From positions 121,251 through 185,250 of the forward strand of contig CAXHJY010000640.1 in assembly GCA_964016885.1 (NCBI GenBank): a stretch of 64,000 nucleotides of DNA, written 5' to 3'. Shown here piece after piece: positions 60,223 through 64,000 of this stretch. This DNA is from Eledone cirrhosa. Lineage: Eukaryota. The position numbers and the translations under genes are program-made. The number at the start of each line of letters is the position of its first letter. The first letter of the stretch is position 1. The notes beneath the pieces are model-generated. The model was not told the origin of the DNA and did no database searches. It saw only the letters and a program-made list of their open reading frames with translations.

Positions 60223-60342
60223 CATATATATGTATATATATATATATATATATATACGTATATATATATATATATATATATACGTATATATATATATATA
60301 TATATATGTATACATATATATACATATATATATATATGTATA

Positions 60343-60471
60343 TTTCGTTTCTGAATTTGTTTAGCAAGATTCTTTATCTGAAATCGTGTGTTGAAACCGA
60401 TATTGTTATACTTTGGGAGGGTCATGTTGCCAATATGTTGGCAACATGACCCTCCCAAAGTATAACAATAT
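60343..60471. repeat. 129-bp unique island within (TA)n ending in a perfect 34-bp-arm hairpin
   Basis: Arms 60400-60433 and 60438-60471, loop TATG. Confidence 0.9.
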
Positions 60472-60496
60472 ATATGTATACATATATATGTATATA

Positions 60497-60531
<35 letters not shown>

Positions 60532-60633
60532 GTATACATATATATACATATATATATATATGTATGCATATATATACATATATATATATATATGTATACA
60601 TATATATACATATATATATATATATATGTATAC

Positions 60634-60727
<94 letters not shown>

Positions 60728-61056
60728 ATATATATATGTATGTATATATATATATGTATGTATATATATATATGTATGTATATATATATATGTATGTATA
60801 TATATATATGTATGTATATATATATATGTATGTATATATATATATGTATATATGTGTATACATATATATGTGTATACATATATATATGTATGTATATATA
60901 TATATGTATATATGTGTATACCTATATATATGTATACATATATATATATGTATATATATATATATATGTGTGTATACATATATATGTATATATATATATA
61001 TATATATGTGTGTATACATATATATATGTATACATATATATATATGTATATATATA

Positions 61057-61766
<710 letters not shown>

Positions 61767-61908
61767 GTATATATATATGTATACATATATATATATATAT
61801 ACATATATATATATGTATACATATATATATATATATATATACACATATATATATGTATACATATATATATATATGTATACAGATATATATACACATATAT
61901 ATATATAT

Positions 61909-61974
<66 letters not shown>

Positions 61975-62077
61975 ACATATATACATATGTATACATATAT
62001 ATATATATATATATATGTATATGTATACATATATATATATATACATATATGTATACATATATATATATATATATAAG

Positions 62078-62795
62078 TATGTATGCAGTAGATGTACAGG
62101 GAAATTAGACAGTAGAAGTCGCACTGATAGACACATTTTTCAAATGCGAGAGGGCGCTATAGAAGTGGTGGATAGCTTCCGGTACCTAGGAGATCAGATT
62201 AGCATGGGAGGAGGGTGTTCCGAGGCCATAGTATCTAGAATAAGGACGGGTTGGAAGAAGTTTAGGGAGCTGCTTCCTCTGTTGACGAAGAAGGGTTTCT
62301 CCCTGCGTACGAAAGGCCGGTTGTATGATGCCTGTGTGAGGAGCGCGATGCTGCATGGTAGTGAGACATGGGCAGCTACCGCAGAAGATATGCGACGGCT
62401 GGAGAGAAATGAGGCAAGCATGCTCCGTTGGATGTGCAGTGTAAATGTGCGTGAACGACCCAGCATAAATGTGTTGAGAGAGAAACTGTGTCTGAGAGGG
62501 ATAGAATGTAGTGTACGGGAGAGGAGACTGAGGTGGTATGGACATGTGATGCGCATGGAGGATGACCGATGGGTGAAGAAGTGCCAGGAAATGCCAGTTG
62601 AAGGAAGACGTAGTAGAGGTAGACCACGAAAAACATGGGCGGAGGTGGTGAGAACAGACCTCAGATCATTGAAGCTCACGGTGGAGATGACGAGGGACCG
62701 TGACGAGTGGAGAGATGCTGTGCTGAATAAGACCCGTCCCACCCTTGCAAGCAGGGAAAAGCGGACGTAAAATGATGATGATGATGATGATGATA
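62078..62795 (+). mobile_element. 5'-truncated RTE LINE (open C-terminal ORF directly followed by (GAT)n)
   Basis: [11 protein letters not shown]...MLHGSETW...RRLRWYGHV...RGRPRKTW, stop at 62770. Confidence 0.92.
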
Positions 62796-62869
62796 TACAT
62801 ATATATATGTATACATATATATATAAGTATACATATATATATGTATACATATATATATGTATATATATA

Positions 62870-63484
62870 TATAAAGAAAAAGGATGAAATCGAAAATGCA
62901 ACTGAAGTCTTATTTTTTTTTTAAATATATATATTTATTTGGTTCCTTTACCGGTTTCGCAGTTCTTCTGCTTTTCAAAAGGTGAGTTGAGATGGAGGGT
63001 CTGTGGTTTTTCTCACATCTGGTTGGTCTCTAAATGTTACTTGTTTTATATGGAAAAACTGGCTCGAAAACCAGGTTTTTCGAGAAGTAATTTGATTGGT
63101 TTGTCAATAATTATAATAAATTTCGCGCCAGTTCGCGTTACAATAGTTCTTCAAATAAGAGAGGGGGGGGGGGGTTGTCACAGGTTGTTTTTTCATATAT
63201 GAGTGCTTGAATTTCTTTTTACTTGAAAAAATGAGGCTCACGAAGGCTTTTTTTTTGGTTGGTTATAAATGAAATTTGGCTGTCACATGAACAAGTTTTC
63301 ATTACATATTTGCGCCCTTATTTGGAAAACTATTCTGTAGTCTTTATAGTGAATGTTATGACAATGGAGAGATAGTGGTCAAGGGAAAAGGGATTGGGAG
63401 AAATGTTCTGGTTCAGTGAATATGGCCAGGTGTCAGAGTTCAGATTTTCTATTGAGACTGAAGATATGTGTTTATTTGTGTGCT

Positions 63485-63517
<33 letters not shown>

Positions 63518-64000
63518 ATGTGTGTATTGGAAGATGATTCTATTAGTAGAGATGGGGGAGGGAGTTGTGTGTGTGTGTATATGGGTGTTATGTGTGTGTG
63601 TGCGAGTATGTTAGATAGAGAGAATATATATTTTTTGTGTGTGTGTATATATATATGTGTGTAGGAAAGTGGTTCTATTAGTAGAAATGGGGAGGGTGTT
63701 GTGGGTGTGAGGGGGTTGTTATGTGTGTGTATGGGTGTTATGTGTGTGGGAGTATGTTTAGCATGTTAAGATGAAGAGAATATATATATATATATATATA
63801 TTTTGTGTGTGTGTATGTGTGTGTGTAGGAAAATGATTCCTTTAGTAGGAATATTTTTGAATGAACATATTTTCCTGACTTTTTCGTGTTTGCTGTTGTA
63901 TTGCCAGTGCAAACGTATGTTTAAGGTTTATTTAGTTCGGGTTTTTATTTTCTAAAGTAGGTGTTATGTGTGTGTGTGTATGTCATATTGTGGTGTTGAC
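62870..64000 (-). mobile_element. Second copy of the Neptune PLE 3' region/pLTR (continues past window end)
   Basis: Aligns with ~17836-19332. Confidence 0.9.
62945..62982 (-). ncRNA. Minimal hammerhead ribozyme, U3-A8 variant
   Basis: Identical to 17912-17949. Confidence 0.75.

Overview
AT-rich, repeat-saturated animal genomic DNA with no recognisable host gene. The SINE and RTE families and the very long (TA)n tracts resemble those of octopus/coleoid cephalopods (inference). About a third of the window is impure (TA)n, and the many Ile/Tyr-repeat ORFs in the track are artefacts of it. Embedded in the TA tracts are: a near full-length RTE LINE (46888-50498, -); two RTE copies with 5' inversions; three CR1-clade copies; a Neptune-type Penelope-like element (PLE) with a coiled-coil ORF1 (17773-23123, -); further Neptune- and Naiad-type PLE fragments; a 5.6-kb near-perfect palindrome derived from a PLE 3' region; a 3.5-kb tandem duplication, one copy of which carries a 2.1-kb non-autonomous LTR element; tRNA-derived SINEs; and a hAT-like MITE. 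The most notable signals are a candidate -1 ribosomal frameshift (U UUU UUA) joining PLE ORF1 to RT-EN, several non-canonical hammerhead ribozymes (U3-A8 core; ~115-nt stem II), a 32-nt tRNA-Trp PBS whose only mismatch falls at m1A58, twin-priming inversions in RTEs, and recurrent fold-back structures at TA-targeted insertions. All calls were made by eye, without database searches.
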